Source: Spirogloea muscicola (lineage: Eukaryota). From it: a DNA stretch of 42,748 nt. Positions within the stretch are counted from its first letter, which is position 1; every line of letters starts with the position of its first letter. Positions 1 through 12,243 of this stretch are shown here, in pieces. The notes under the pieces were generated by a model. The model saw nothing but the letters and a program-made list of their open reading frames with translations. It did no database searches and was not told where the DNA came from. Location of the stretch: contig WELB01000028.1 of NCBI GenBank assembly GCA_009602725.1, positions 354,507-397,254 on the forward strand. The letters run 5' to 3'. Position numbers and translations under genes: made by a program.

Positions 1-99
1 GGGGGGGGGGGCGGGGAGGGGCGCGTTTCTCACCCCTCGAGTGTAAGCACGAGTGAAGATGGGCTTCTGGCTGAGATGGATGGGCTTGCCGGCAGCATA

Positions 100-360
100 T
101 CTGTCTTTCTTGCACCAAGCGTGTGCCCGCCTGTTTGCAGCGAGCACATGCTCATGCTTGCACCAGAAAGCTGGACGGACGTGTGATGGTGACGGAACGG
201 CTTGAGATCTGCGGTCCCGTGTTCTAACATCAAATAACCTCTATTTGCTGACCTAATGTGACTGAGCGGGTCCGCTTAGCAGCCGGTGATATACCTATGT
301 AGATGTGCTTGCCCATGTGCTTTGGCCAATCCGGCCGTCCATCACCAGATAAATGCGTCC
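100..360 (+). mobile_element. 5'-truncated 3' end of RLE (CRE-like) non-LTR retrotransposon, subfamily A
   Basis: gctcatgcttgcaccagaaagct...gctgacctaatgtgactgagcgggtccgcttagcagccggtgat...tgtgcttgcccatgtgctttggcc...ccatcac aligns by eye with 36163-36370 and 30790-30985. Confidence 0.8.
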
Positions 361-534
361 ATGAGAGAAGCTGCTGCGGCTTTACTCACCGGCCGCCTGG
401 GAGGCGGTCGGGCGAGTCCAGCACAACCAACAATTGCCTCGCCGACTCTCCGCTACGTGGACATCACATCGTGACCCATGGTCATCAGTGAGTGCAGAGG
501 AAGGAGGAGCTCTAATGGCTTCAGTAGTACTTAG

Positions 535-625
535 ATTGACTCACCAGGTGGAGAGCTGAAAGAAGTAGCTCTTCCATTGGGGATTGACTCACCAAGCGGA
601 GAGCTGAAAGAAGTAGCACTTTGAG
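535..625. repeat. ~48-bp tandem duplication (2 copies)
   Basis: tgactcaccaggtggagagctgaaagaagtagc / tgactcaccaagcggagagctgaaagaagtagc. Confidence 0.8.
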
Positions 626-654
626 GGGAGTTTGGCTGTGAATGGCCAGCCCAT

Positions 655-745
655 AAATGAAACGGTGTGTGTGTTGAGTGATGGAGGGCCTGAGTGGCCA
701 ACTACAGTGGCAAGCACATTGACAGATGGTCATATTGCCTCCTTC
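655..745 (-). mobile_element. Subfamily A retroelement 3' tail fragment
   Basis: Reverse complement reads tgtgcttgccactgtagttggccactcaggccctccatcactcaacacacacacc, matching 30923-30978. A further short + copy (ctgagcgggtcagcttagcag) lies at 783-803. Confidence 0.75.
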
Positions 746-1147
746 ATGTCATGCGCTCCGCGCTCCTCCCCCTTTGTGGGTTCTGAGCGGGTCAGCTTAG
801 CAGAACGGGTAGCTACAGCTTGTTCTTACGGCAAGTGCAGTAAAGATAATCACATGATCTGCCCCAAAGCCAAGCACGAAGCTATCATGTGATTTCGCCA
901 TATGTCGTATCTGTGAAACAATCATCACGTCAAGTCTACCCGAGGGGTCACCTTATGTTCACTAAGATAAGTCTCACGGCATTGGCGGGACAGGTCATAG
1001 GATTCACTGAGGAAAATGACTACGGCCATCTCTGTACCGTGCTCTGAGCTGTACAACCCATCATCAGTCGTTGAGGTCTCTACTTATGTATTATAATGCC
1101 GACTTACAATCTCCTTCACACCTTCATTCTTTCAGAAAATAACCTCG

Positions 1148-1536
1148 TTAGCAAAAGCTGATACGTAATGCACGGTTTGTGCTGCCTGCAGGTTGACAAG
1201 TTGAGGGACGAGTATAGTTCTTTGTGGCCAGCTAGTCAAACTAGTCAAGCAAGTCCAAGTGCTACAGAGCACCTAGACATTGACAATCAACTAGTAGAGG
1301 AGGGCGTAAGGATGAGCATGAGTATGCCAATCCATTGTATGCCAATCCATTGATTGGCATACTCATGCTCATCCTTACGCCCTCCTCTACTAGTTGATTG
1401 TCAATGTCTAGGTGCTCTGTAGCACTTGGACTTGCTTGACTAGTTTGACTAGCTGGCCACAAAGAACTATACTCGTCCCTCAACTTGTCAACCTGCAGGC
1501 AGCACAAACCGTGCATTACGTATCAGCTTTTGCTAA
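1148..1536. repeat. Perfect inverted repeat, arms 1148-1332 and 1352-1536 (185 bp each), 19-nt spacer
   Basis: The arms are exact reverse complements, which is why the ORF track gives the same peptide on both strands. The centre carries a 15-bp tandem duplication (gtatgccaatccatt). Confidence 0.95.
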
Positions 1537-2690
1537 TGACTCATTCTGCAGGTTTTCAGTAGAAAGCCTGGTCTTTTGCTTGGGCAGACTGCCCAATTGT
1601 AGCTCATTGATGCCTTACTCTACCTCGAGCTCGACCTCAGAAAGGACGCCAAGCAATCCCTCAAAGTCGGCCAGGTCCATGACAGAAAGGCTTGCGGCGC
1701 CGGCCGCAGCGGTGGCAGCAGTGTTGTTGGCCTCGAGATCCTCGAGATGGTCTGCGATGTAGTCGAGCTCAGCATCGAACTCGCGCGGCGGGTTCGGTAG
1801 CAACGGTGGCGAGGCAACATCATCGGCGGTGGCGAAGTCGGAGCCCGCTATTGCGGAAGAGTACTGCACAATGAGGGCCTGCTCGCCACAGTTCGGTCGC
1901 GCATCAGTACCATGCTCAGAGAACACCGCACAGCATGCTGCACAGGCCATAGGTCACAATCTGTCGGGTGAAGGTCAGGCGGGTGCTCAAGGTTGCAGCT
2001 TGGCTGACAGCTGGCAAGATGCAGGCTGCAGTGGCCACTGCCTAACGGTTGACAAAGTCGGCCATCATTACTGAGACATACCGGAGGCTGTTGCAAGGCC
2101 CTGGCGTGCTTCATTGGCACTGCAGATGGCTTCATGAGGGCGTCGGTGACGCCCATGGTAGCCTTCCGTTTTCTTGTGTTCCAGGCCGAAGACTGGACAC
2201 CAGGTGGCTTTGCGAGCCGAGTCTTGCTCGCGGGTGCTGAGACACAGGCAAATGCAGTAAATGACACCGGCTGAGAGCTGAGAGCCCATTGAGTGGTGAG
2301 CACAAGTGAAGATAGCATATGAAGGTGGATACAAGCACGAGCAGCCGGGCCGGTAAGCCAGTACCTCGATTGCGTGCAAAACTCCGGGCGAAGGCGAGGC
2401 AGGCCTCGCTCTTCCCGAGCCAGACCACGCCGGCCTGGATAATCTGCGCAGCAGCGAGGCTAGGCGGCGCCGCTTCCCCGGTGCCGGAGAGGGCCATGTG
2501 GTAGGAGGGCGCCAGACGCTGCGGCCTCGATGCATCGGCTATGCAGCGCGGACGGGGGAGGGGCCGCAGCCGGCGCGCCGGGGGCGACGGCGGCGGCGGC
2601 GANCGGGCGTGGGAGGCCGCGGGAGCGGGGGGGACTGCAGGGCCAGCGCTCCGAGCTCCCCGAGGATGAGGACGAGGATGAGGTGGGAGG
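1380..2690 (-). CDS. Putative multi-exon gene, unknown protein (both ends uncertain)
   Basis: Coding-like segments bounded by ag/gt: ~2365-2690 (…MALSGTGEAAPP…), ~2080-2236, ~1618-1935 (…FDAELDYIADHLEDLE…LSEVELEVE), 1380-1493 (VDKLRDEYSSLW…VEEG). No family recognised. Confidence 0.45.
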
Positions 2691-2999
2691 GTGCGGGGGG
2701 AAGGACCGGGGTAAACAAAATCAATGCAGAAATCAAAATGGGTTAAATTGGAGGATGGGGGAGTCTTCCAAGGGGGCGGGGGGCTGTGGAAAGCTAGCCA
2801 GAAAGAATGAAGAAGGAAGGTACCACGCTGAGGCTGTTAACGGCGGTAGGCCGGTTGCAGTGTTGCTTGCAGGCGCGCACGAGACGCGGCGCTGCCAGCA
2901 AGTACCGCGTCCCTGTGCCCGCCTAGCCGTTCCCCTTCCTCCCTCCCCTCCGTCCCTCCCCCCTCTCCCTTGGGGAGGGAGAGGTCCATCCTTTTCTGT

Positions 3000-3110
3000 G
3001 CCGGCCTTTCAAGGGGTCTGCTTTCCGGCGGCTAATCCTTCTGACTTGCGGCCGATGAATTCAAGGCTACTAGATGATCATTTCACAGCCATTGCCCCCT
3101 TCCCAATAGC
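3000..3110 (+). mobile_element. Subfamily B retroelement 3' end fragment
   Basis: tttccggcggctaatccttctgacttgcggccg…ggctactag (FPAANPSDLR…) matches 11660-11712 and the reverse complement of 36630-36685. Confidence 0.65.
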
Positions 3111-3290
3111 TGCTCCCTCTCTCCTCCCCGTCACCGCTCTCTCGCCCAACGGCCTGGGCCTGCAGGCGGGCCCCCTTCCTCGCCCACCTCCCTCCTCGGC
3201 CGCCTCCAACCCGACCCCGGCAGGCTCTGGCCAGGCATCAGAGCCGCGCCTCCGCCCCGCCGGCTCTCTCGCCCGCGCCTCCGCGCCGCC

Positions 3291-3886
3291 ATGGCCCTCC
3301 CGCCTTGCCACGCTGACGCCGCTGCCGCCGGCGTTGCCAGCGCCTCTGCCGCAAAGAGGATGGTACGCCTCATGCTGGACGACGGAGGCGAAGCCTGGCG
3401 CTCGCTCCTCCGCGCCCGCGAGCGGCAAGCGGCTCAATTGCTCTTGTGGGAGGAGGATTTCAACGACAGCATCGCCCGCAACCTTGAGCGGATCGACGGT
3501 CTCGGTATGACAAGCCATCCTTGCCGCTGTCGTGTGCCACAGATGCTGTGGTCTGTGATGTGGCAAAGCCTGCATGCCAGCTGACCGAGTGACCAGTCAG
3601 CCTGATTGTTCTTTGATAACCAGCTTCAGCGCGCTCCTCACACATTGCCTGCTGCTGACGTGCAATAGAATCCCCCGATAGTCCGGAGAGCCCCGAAACA
3701 CCGGCGGCATGCCGCAAGCGGAAGCCAAGCAAACGGTCTCCCAACGCGTGCAGCTCCAGCAAACGTTCCAAGGCCTCCGTGTGTTCTCCTCCCCTTTCAG
3801 CTACTTCGAGCTCAGGCACATGCTCTGCACCAGAAAGTGGGGCGAGCTCTGATTGGTGGCAGGCTTGCCTGGAACCTGCCATTTAG
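3291..3886 (+). CDS. Possible small spliced gene, unknown product
   Basis: ATG 3291 opens MALPP…EAWRSLLRARERQAAQLLLWEEDFNDSIARNLERIDGL, followed by a gtatga donor. A Ser/Lys-rich segment (ESPDSPESPETPAACRKRKPSKR) then runs into a retroelement fragment. Confidence 0.3.
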
Positions 3887-4012
3887 TATTCGGGCCACTT
3901 CTACATGCTGACCCGCCACGGCTACGCGGGTCAGTATAGCTGCGAGCGGCCTCCATCTATGGATGTCTTTGCATGTGTACTTGGCCGGTCAGGCTGTGTG
4001 GTGTTCAACACA
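3795..4012 (+). mobile_element. Subfamily A retroelement 3' end fragment
   Basis: cgagctcaggcacatgctctgcaccagaaag (RAQAHALHQK) … ctacatgctgacccgc…gcgggtcag … tgtacttggcc matches 36155-36350. Confidence 0.8.
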
Positions 4013-4077
4013 TGCTATTCCTCTATCTTGGATCTGTCAGTATGTGCTAGCAGTCAATGAGGGATCACTTACAGCGT

Positions 4078-4375
4078 CCGGCAGAACATGCCAGCTGTCA
4101 GACAAGGTGCGATCTTCAACAGCGACTTCTTTACCTGACTTCATCTTACAGCGCCAGGACTAAGGGCATTACCATGGTGACATCCACAATTGCGTGCTGA
4201 TCTTGCCGTACTCACCTTGACAGGGCTCTTACATCTGTAAATGAGCATCTGAGAAATTGCAGATGCAGGAGGGGTGTCTCCTTGGTCTGGCCCTGAGTCA
4301 TGGCACTGGAAGACAGTCAAGTCAGCATGTTGCAAAGATCGCGCCTTGTCTGACAGCTCGCATGTATTGCCAGGA
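4078..4375. repeat. Imperfect ~90-bp inverted repeat pair (MITE/foldback-like)
   Basis: 4078-4170 ggcagaacatgccagctgtcagacaaggtgcgatctt… versus reverse complement of 4285-4375 ggcaatacatgcgagctgtcagacaaggcgcgatctt…. Confidence 0.7.
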
Positions 4376-4854
4376 TGCCATGACCAAACCTCCTTTGCAT
4401 CTTTCATGGCTCATTTCAGTCGAATTACGCAAGCTGCCCAATCGTTGAGTATACAGGACATCTACTTTGCCTGTAAGGTCGCATCTCCTGCTCATTTCAA
4501 GAAAGTTTTTGTGCAATTACGAAAGCTTGGGACCTGGTTCTGGTTCCTTGTACAAGTTGCAAGTCAACTAATAGCAAGCTACATGACAAACGAACAGTAG
4601 CATGACCGCTTTCCAGCTGGCTCCATCACACTTATACTTTTCTTGGAGCCAATATTACATCATCTGCTGGTCGCATTGTCCCACCTTTTCTTTCAAATTT
4701 TCAAACGTAATGACAAGCTGTCAGTAATGTTTTCTTACGTATGATGAGAGCCACGAGGCTGGCTTGGCCAGCACAACCAGCATGCCAGCACTTGCATCCT
4801 CGTCTAATTGCCATGGTATTGCGCTCAAGCAGATCATGTAATATTGGCTCCTGT

Positions 4855-5440
4855 CCCTCTAGTTAGTAGCCGCAAGTGACAAAGACTAGCAGCCGGAAAT
4901 TGCATGCCGCAGGTGGGGCGAGCAGGCCGAGTTCAGCACCGCTGGCGCACTAGCGCAGGTGTTTGCATGCGCCTGTCCATGTCCTCAAGAGCTTCATGGC
5001 CCATACCTTGCATCTGCGTGCTGGCCGTGCTCTATGCAGCCTCAGTCTTTCGTCAAAGTCTGAAGTGGCTTAAAAGAAATTGAACAAGGTCCGACAAGCT
5101 GGAAGGCGCAAAATAAGAGAAGTATACTCCGTGACTTCTGCGGATGGACCTCAGCAGAGTAAGTAGAGGGCGGAAAGGTTTGCCCCTGACAATATTGAAA
5201 GAGGAAGGAAGCTCTCCTGAAGGGGCGAGGGCCCGAAATAAAAAAGCTCGCCCAATTTAAGAAGGTGGCTGGGAAAGGCCAGCCCGAAAAGGATGGACAA
5301 GGTCCAAAGAGGCCGGAAAGAAACAGCTCCTCTTTGCACAATGGCTGTGAGAGGAAGAACATGACAAGTCATCTGCACTGGGCGAGGGGCTGTGAAAAGC
5401 CAGCCCCAAAAGGAATTTGACGTTGTCCGAAAGGCCGGAA
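4855..5440 (-). mobile_element. Cluster of subfamily B retroelement 3' ends/tails
   Basis: 4855-4910 reverse complement encodes QFPAASLCHLRLLTRG. Tail copies (ttggaccttgtccatccttttcgggctggcctttcccagcc) lie at ~5240-5316 and ~5375-5440, with partials at 5072-5100 and 5317-5355. Confidence 0.75.
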
Positions 5441-5980
5441 AGAATCCGCAACGAGGCACGTTATCCGGCACCCCATCGGCGGTAGGAGACTGACGCGGTC
5501 CCCGGTTTCCCCTGCAATTGCCTCGTGGCGCTACTGTCGGGAAAGGCACCACCGTCTCGGCCGTCAGCAGGTTTGTGCCACTCCGGCGCCCGCGCCTAGG
5601 GAACACCCCCCCTCTGGCCCCGCCCCACACACCCCCCTCCCCGCCGTCAATCCATCCGNCGACCTCAGTGGTGGCCAACATGGCGGGCAGGCCGGCGGGA
5701 AGGAGGTCCGGCGAGGCCTCGTCGACGCGGCCGATGGTGCTCGCGGCAGTGAGACGCCTGCGGCGAGGGCGGAGGCAGCCATGCCGGCGCGCGGCTGCGA
5801 GCGGGTCCGTCGCTGCCGCCGCCCGCGCGCCCTCCGCTGCGTCGCCTGGCAGGCGCTCGATTGCCGGGCCAGCGAGCCGGCCATGGAGGCTTGCCGCTGG
5901 TACGCCGCCCCTGTGGAGCTGCGGCGGGCGCGGCGCCGAGGGCAGCTGCCACTGATCTCGGCGGCCTTCTTCGGACCGCC

Positions 5981-6120
5981 ATGAAGGGCCGCGTGGAGGC
6001 GGGGCAGCAGCGGGCCTCCGCCAAGCGCGGGCCCGCTCAAGACGGCGGCCGCGCTGCAGCCGCTGTGCTCGGAAAGGCCGCAAAGGGCTCTGGAATATCG
6101 GGAAAATCTGCCGCCGTCGA

Positions 6121-6156
<36 letters not shown>

Positions 6157-9100
6157 TGCCGGGAAGGCCATCTTTGCCGGCGTGCACGCGCTGTTCGTGG
6201 AGGAGGGAGTGCCGCCTGTCCGGCTGCAGGTCAGGCTCCGCGGCGTCGCGAAACTTTGCTCCAAGGCCCTGATGTGCTCTCGATGACCGTAGCTGATGTT
6301 GCGGCAGGCGGTCCCGAGGCGCCGCCGCAGGTGTGGAAGCGGCGGCTGGAGCAGCTCGGCGGCGTGGCCGAGCACCACATGGTGCGGCGCGTGACGCACG
6401 TGCTTGCCGCCTCCTGGAAGCATGTCGAGTCGCGGCTCAGCTTTGAGCGCGCCCGCAAGCTCAAGGCGGTGGGTCCACTGCGGCCCTGCTACCTTGCTCT
6501 CGTGCTGTGCCTGCATTGTCCATTGAGACCCGCTAGAGACACAATCTTGCCGCAGTGAGCTGCTCATTCCCAGGCTTCAGCATAGCCACGAACTATTGTC
6601 TCAATCAGCAGATTATACTCTAGACTGGCTGACTTCTGATGCTAAGTATGTTGCCTCGATTGTGTGTGCCAGGTGGCAGCAGCATACTCATGGTTGGAGG
6701 ACAGCCTGACTCGTGGGGAGCGGCTTCCTGCGGAGCAGTACCGCCTGGCTGGCGCTCCCGAGGGCGCTGGCGAGCAGAGCTCCGACTCGAGCTTTGTCTT
6801 CTCGCAGGACACGCAGCCGCTGTCGACGTCCCTGACCGGCACCAGTATCGCATCGCCGCCGTCAGCGCTCAGCAAGCGGCGGCGAAGGGAGGGCGCTGGC
6901 GACAAGGACCAGGAGCACTGGTTGCGTGCAATCCACGACGGCGCCCAGTATGGCGCCACGTACGGCCGCGGCAGGTCCAAGGAGAAGGCCAGGCTGCGCG
7001 CTGCTGCAGCGGAGGACGCAGAAGATGGAGGGGGTGAGGAGACTAGGGAGGGTGGCGGGGTCCTATCCGCTGCCCGTGGAGAAGAAGAGGAGGACGACGA
7101 GGCCGGCAGCGACAATGGCAGTGGCGTCAGCAGCGGCAGCCGCAGCTCCGGTCACAAACACACAGGCGCAACAGTCTCCCACAGTGACACTGTGAGCTCC
7201 CTTTCCCTCACTTCCAGCTCCTCTTGCGTAAGAGTGTTGAGCACACTATCATATATTGGCGCCACCAGCATAATTACATAGCCGTTGTTGACTTTTGCAG
7301 TCTACGCTGGTGTACATACCCCCGGACCTGAATGCCCACATAACGGGGCCCTTCAAGGAGCTCCAGAGCATTTACAGCGATGGTATGTACGTGCCTTCAT
7401 CCACTCTTGCCCTCCCTTTCATTGCCTGCTTGCCTCTTCCCTACTCCTTCATGGTCATTGTCAGTTGTCAGCCTGTCCTGAGATGAAGGCAGGTGACGGT
7501 GTGGTGCGCAGCGCTTGGGGATGATCGGCGCTACTTCAGCTACTACAAGGCCCTTTCAGTGCTTGAGAAGTTGCCATTCAAGATCACAAGCACTGACCAA
7601 GTCAAGGGCCTGCCTGCCATTGGCAAATCCCTACAAGATCATGTGAGATGTGTCGATCTCCACCTCGTGGGGCTCGCAAAGTGAAGTAAATCAAAATGCA
7701 GCCCCAATATTGAATGGATGGAGACTCTTGGAGACATATGTGGTGTTAAGAAGGACCTGTCCAGAACGCTTCGCAGGCATTGCCTGCCGCTTCGCAGGCA
7801 GGGTACAGCTGCTGCTTGACTAGATGCCTGTGATGCTATGTGCATATGGTGCCTTGTGATTCCGAGCTTGTGATCTAAATACAGGGACATTCGACTTTGC
7901 GCTGCAGATAAGGGAGATCTTGGCAACGGGAAAGCTGCAGAAGCTTGAGAACTACAAGACTGACGAGAAGGTGAGGCAGGGGTAGCACGAGGTGCAAACG
8001 AAGCTGCCAGCTGTGCTTTTGTGCAAAGCATTCACAGGGCCGCAGGATCTGGGCCGCAGGTGGTGGCGGTGCACAGATTTGGGTCAATCTGGGGCATCGG
8101 CCCCGTGACAGCACGCAGGCTCTACGACATGGGCTACCGGACGTTCGAGGAGCTGGCACACGAGCCCTCACTAACGCCTGCACAGCGTGTCGGTCTCCAA
8201 TTTCAAGCTGACATAAGCAAGCGCATCCCTCGTGCCGAGGCAAGCCACTTCTGCCAGTACTTTACTTTTCCCCTGAGACTGATGTTTGCAAGCTAGCTCC
8301 TCTGCAAGTATGTGTAGAGACGTCTCATGGAATCTATAATGTCCCTCATAGTGCGACCCTGCTCGCATTGCAGGTGGAGGTGATGGAGAAGCTCGTCCAG
8401 GATGTTGCGGAGGAGATTCAGCCTGGGGTACTCACCTTTGCAACACCCCCAACTCCTTCTGTTATTTAGCAGAGGTGGCAATAGATGTACATGCATGCAA
8501 AGGAAATTGACTCAATTGCACGGTTATGGAAGGGGCAATACACAACCTATATCTGAAGGGAAGCGTTCTTGCTGCACATTAAAGTCAATATGAGTCTGCA
8601 GATATCCGTCCTTTGCGGAGGTTCCTACAGGAGAGGGAAGGCCACTGTCGGGGATATGGACATGGTTGTCACTCATCCTGATGGCCACAGGTACATGATC
8701 TAAATGTAGCTCAAGTAACTTACTCTCATTCATTTTGTGTGAGTATTTAAGACTCATCAAAATTGAGGCTCTCAGGCCTGACTTCACCACATTCAGTAAT
8801 CAGCATTCGAATCTAGCTGTCAGCTGTAGGTTTAGTTTTTATCGTTCATTTTACTAGAGGAGGTGCACTGCCCTTCTACGATTATGAGCTCTTCAGAACT
8901 CAGCCTCCTATGCCCTTTGCGCAGCCTGTACATGTTGATGAGCTCGTCATTTGTCGCCTCCTATGTCTTTCTAGCATCATCCAGTCTGCCATTTCTTTGC
9001 ATTCATACATTCTAGAGCATGCAGATTGGAAAGGGACAATCTGTTATCCTCTTGCTTTGGTCTGCAGTCATAGGGGATTCTTGCCAACGCTGGTCAAAGT

Positions 9101-10342
9101 GCTCAAAGATAGGGACTTTGTGACTGAAGACCTGATGGTGGGCCCAGTCAACAGCCTCGATGTAAGCCTCATTCGCAGCTTGTCACAGCTTGACTGCTAA
9201 GAGCACAGTCATATCAATTTTTAAGGAAAACAGTAGCTGCATGGCAATACGATCCTTGTAAGCTGCTCGCAAATTCAGATTACATGGTTGAAGCAACACT
9301 CCATGATTGACATCCCTATGAGGTATATTGTGTGTATTTGTCAAACATCCAGGAGCATAGCAGTGGCGTGGACACCTACTTTGGCCTGTGCAAGTACCCT
9401 GGTCGGGAGCAAAGACATCGCATTGATTTCAAGGTCGGCTGGGTAGTCATTGGCCTCTACTGTACAAAGCATTATATTTTCCCAAGGGTGCAAATAAGGA
9501 TGAGACCCTTTTCATCATTGCTCATTGCACCAGCCGTAGTACTCTTGGCCAAAGAAGTCAACTGCAAGGCCCACAATGTCCATCCTGACCTCCAGATCCT
9601 GAATGCAGGTGTATCCAACTGAGCAGTACGCTTTTGGCCTCATTGCCTGGACTGGGAATGATGTCCTCAACCGGAGGTGCGTCAAGTTGTTGGACTGGTG
9701 CATGTCGTGCATGCTGCCCACCTGTGACTGATGTATGTCCACTGTAATATCTTAGGCACGCATGTGGAGCTTCCATCCAGCCCTGCAGGCTGCCTAACAT
9801 GTTGTAGTCACTCCAGGCAAACGCCAAAATCAGGTTGTTTCAATTCCGTAGTGTTGACATGGATGATGTGAACGCAGGTAATACTGTGTCATTGTCTCCT
9901 TCAAGTAAGTCCTCATCATAATGACTATTCATATCATGGTAATGGCTGCAGGTTGAGGATCTTGGCAGAGTCCAAGGGGTACAAGCTGGACGACCATGGC
10001 CTTTTTCCTGCAGCCCGCGATAATCACCATCATACTGTGAGCTTGCCAGTCTCAAGGCCGCAGTCTGGCTGCTCGGCCTCTCAATGGCTCTGGTGTTACA
10101 AGTTCTGTCAGCAAGGCAGAAGCCTGCTTTGCAGTGGGTGGCTGCTCTCTGGCAGCTAGTTGCAGGTTGATGTCCACAGTTGCTGTTTAAAGCCAACCTT
10201 TGCCTTCAAGCTTTGCTTATGGCCTGCTCCCATGATTATGCAGGTGGCGGCTGCACCACGGGGCGTGGAGCTGTTGACGGAGCGCGAAGTGTTCGAGTTT
10301 CTTGGCTTTCCGTGGCTGGAGCCTGCAGAGAGAAACCTGTAG
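5981..10342 (+). CDS. POLL: DNA polymerase lambda (Pol X family, N-terminal BRCT), multi-exon
   Basis: [18 protein letters not shown]…[13 protein letters not shown]…[14 protein letters not shown]. 8-kDa domain: [37 protein letters not shown]. Polymerase: [82 protein letters not shown]. These match plant Pol lambda. Confidence 0.95.
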
Positions 10343-10809
10343 TTGTGATGTGGTTGTTGGGCCAGGCCTCTTGCTTGTCAGGCAACCGGGACTGCTCAAG
10401 CCAGCATCTGTGAATGCTTCTGCAAAAGTGGGAAGAGTGCCAGGGGTGTCTTTGTCGAGACAACATCGGGATGTCTATGTTGCGCTCTGCTACTTCAGCA
10501 GGTGGGTGTGATCTCACATGTGCACAGCACATGAGTATCCTGATTATGTTTGTTCATCCTGTGGTCATGCTGTCTGGTCGGCCTTCCATCTGTATTAGAG
10601 CGGTAAGCGGTTGACGTGGTTTGTGAGCATGGCCCTCGGTCTTCCTTCCTCATTGTCAGCCTTGAGTTCTTCACCAGTGCGGGCTTGGAGTGATAGCTGT
10701 CTCATGAGCTCTGTGTGGCTCCAATTGAACAGCGGTGTGCAGGATTTTCTATCACCATGCCTCCTTGGACTTGCCACTTACAGCCGTCGCCCTCTTTGAG
10801 GAACCCCTT

Positions 10810-11480
10810 CAGATTTCACAGCGACACAAGTGTTGGACTTGGCATCAATGTGTGGGATTGCCAATCTGCAGCCACGTGAGAGGAGCCGCAACTGGCTGTC
10901 CAACGCGAAGTCCACCATGAGGTAGGAAGGGGGGCTCTTCCAAGCAAACACTGCCTCTTCCTAGAGAGGCGGTGGCTGAAGAAAGCCAGCCAAGGAAAAT
11001 CAGAGTGCTGGAGCAGGAGCTTGGAAAGAAGGCGGTGTTTCATAAGGGGTGGTGCAGAGAATGAGCCCCAAGTGAACAGACGAGGTCTGAGACAATTGAG
11101 CCCTATTGAAATGGGCAATGACTGTAAGGCTCTCCTAGAATCAACAAGGCTGACTTCACTGAATGCCTTGCCAACAGGAGGAGGGGTGCAAACCACAACA
11201 GCATGCCGTCACAGAGGCACGCTGCCAACAAGGACTGCAAGGTGAATAATTCAGAGGAATCGTACAAGGACACAGCGAGGAGAGAAGTTGACACCAAGCA
11301 ATTGCCCATGGAAATTCATTGTGGTCTTCCTTTAGCCGGTTGCTTTGGCGCTTCTTCCTGAATAAACACACCAAGTCATACGGTTGTATACTGGGGAGCA
11401 CCCTACATAGCAAGCACCTCGACCGGCTGAGAGTGGAAGCCTCTTCATACAAGCACGGACCTCGCCGGCAAGGCACTATA
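10810..11480 (-). pseudogene. Possible decayed L1-type LINE ORF2 fragment (post-RT region)
   Basis: Fragments GNCLVSTSLLAVSLY and LQSLPISIG-LNCL resemble the L1 'GRxxLxxSLLxSxxxY' and 'LPxxxGGLG' motifs. Stops and frameshifts are present; the similarity is weak. Confidence 0.25.
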
Positions 11481-11634
11481 TGACACTGATGGGAGAGTTC
11501 GTCAATCCCATTTGGGCTGGCCGTTAGCACCCATCGCCCCCTTATGGCAGACCACCTTCTCTCTTAGCCTGGGGCTCCGGTTATGTAGCCCCATAATTTG
11601 CACCAGCTTTTGCCTGAACGGTGTGTAGGCTTGA

Positions 11635-11850
11635 TTTCGCGTCCCTCTCAAGGAGACTGCTTTCCGGCGGCTAGTCTTTCTGACCTGCTGCTACTTAAGT
11701 AGAGGTTACTAAGTGACTATCATATATGGTTCTTGCTTAGTCATGTCTTTCAACGGTTCTCGGCCCCTTCGCAACTTGTCAATTTCTTCTGGGCTGGCTG
11801 GCTGTTCACAGCCTTTGCCCCCTTTGGGAGAGCCACTTTCTCATCCCATT
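11635..11850 (+). mobile_element. Subfamily B retroelement 3' end with tail
   Basis: FPAASLSDLLLL…RGY* (11660-11712), then cttgtcaatttcttctgggctggc…cacagcctttgccccctttgggagagccact. Confidence 0.8.
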
Positions 11851-12243
11851 TCATGCGCACCGTGCTCCGTTTCCCTTTCGTATGAGGGAAGAAGAAGGCG
11901 CGCTGTGCGCATGACATTGAAAGGGAGGCCAATTCTAGCCTTACAAATATCCTGTTAACTGGGTAATGAGCTGGCTAAGGGAGACACTAACAAGAAGAGG
12001 TAGGAAGAGGAAACAGCTTGTCAATGTAAGGCAATGGCTGCAACCCACCGTGCTCGCTCGGCCACATTCTCAGTCTGCCGCACTCTCTGTTTGCCACCGG
12101 CCGGCTTTTTACAGCCCCTTCTTGGTGATTAGGGTTTAGTCCAGGGTTGGGGCCAGGTCGGGCATCACCGGCTAAGCAGCGCCCCCGCCGCCGCCGCCGC
12201 CGCCGGCGTTGCAGCGCAGGCCGNCGGCCGCGGCGGCGGCGGG

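Noticed and set aside
5070..5440. Repeated ~40-nt motif with variable spacers, superficially CRISPR-like
   Set aside because: Eukaryotic context, divergent copies, irregular spacing and no cas genes; explained as retrotransposon 3' tails
6118..6160. (GCC)n microsatellites (also 17564, 25090, 30535, 31065)
   Set aside because: Ordinary poly-Ala/Gly or 5' UTR repeats in a GC-rich genome
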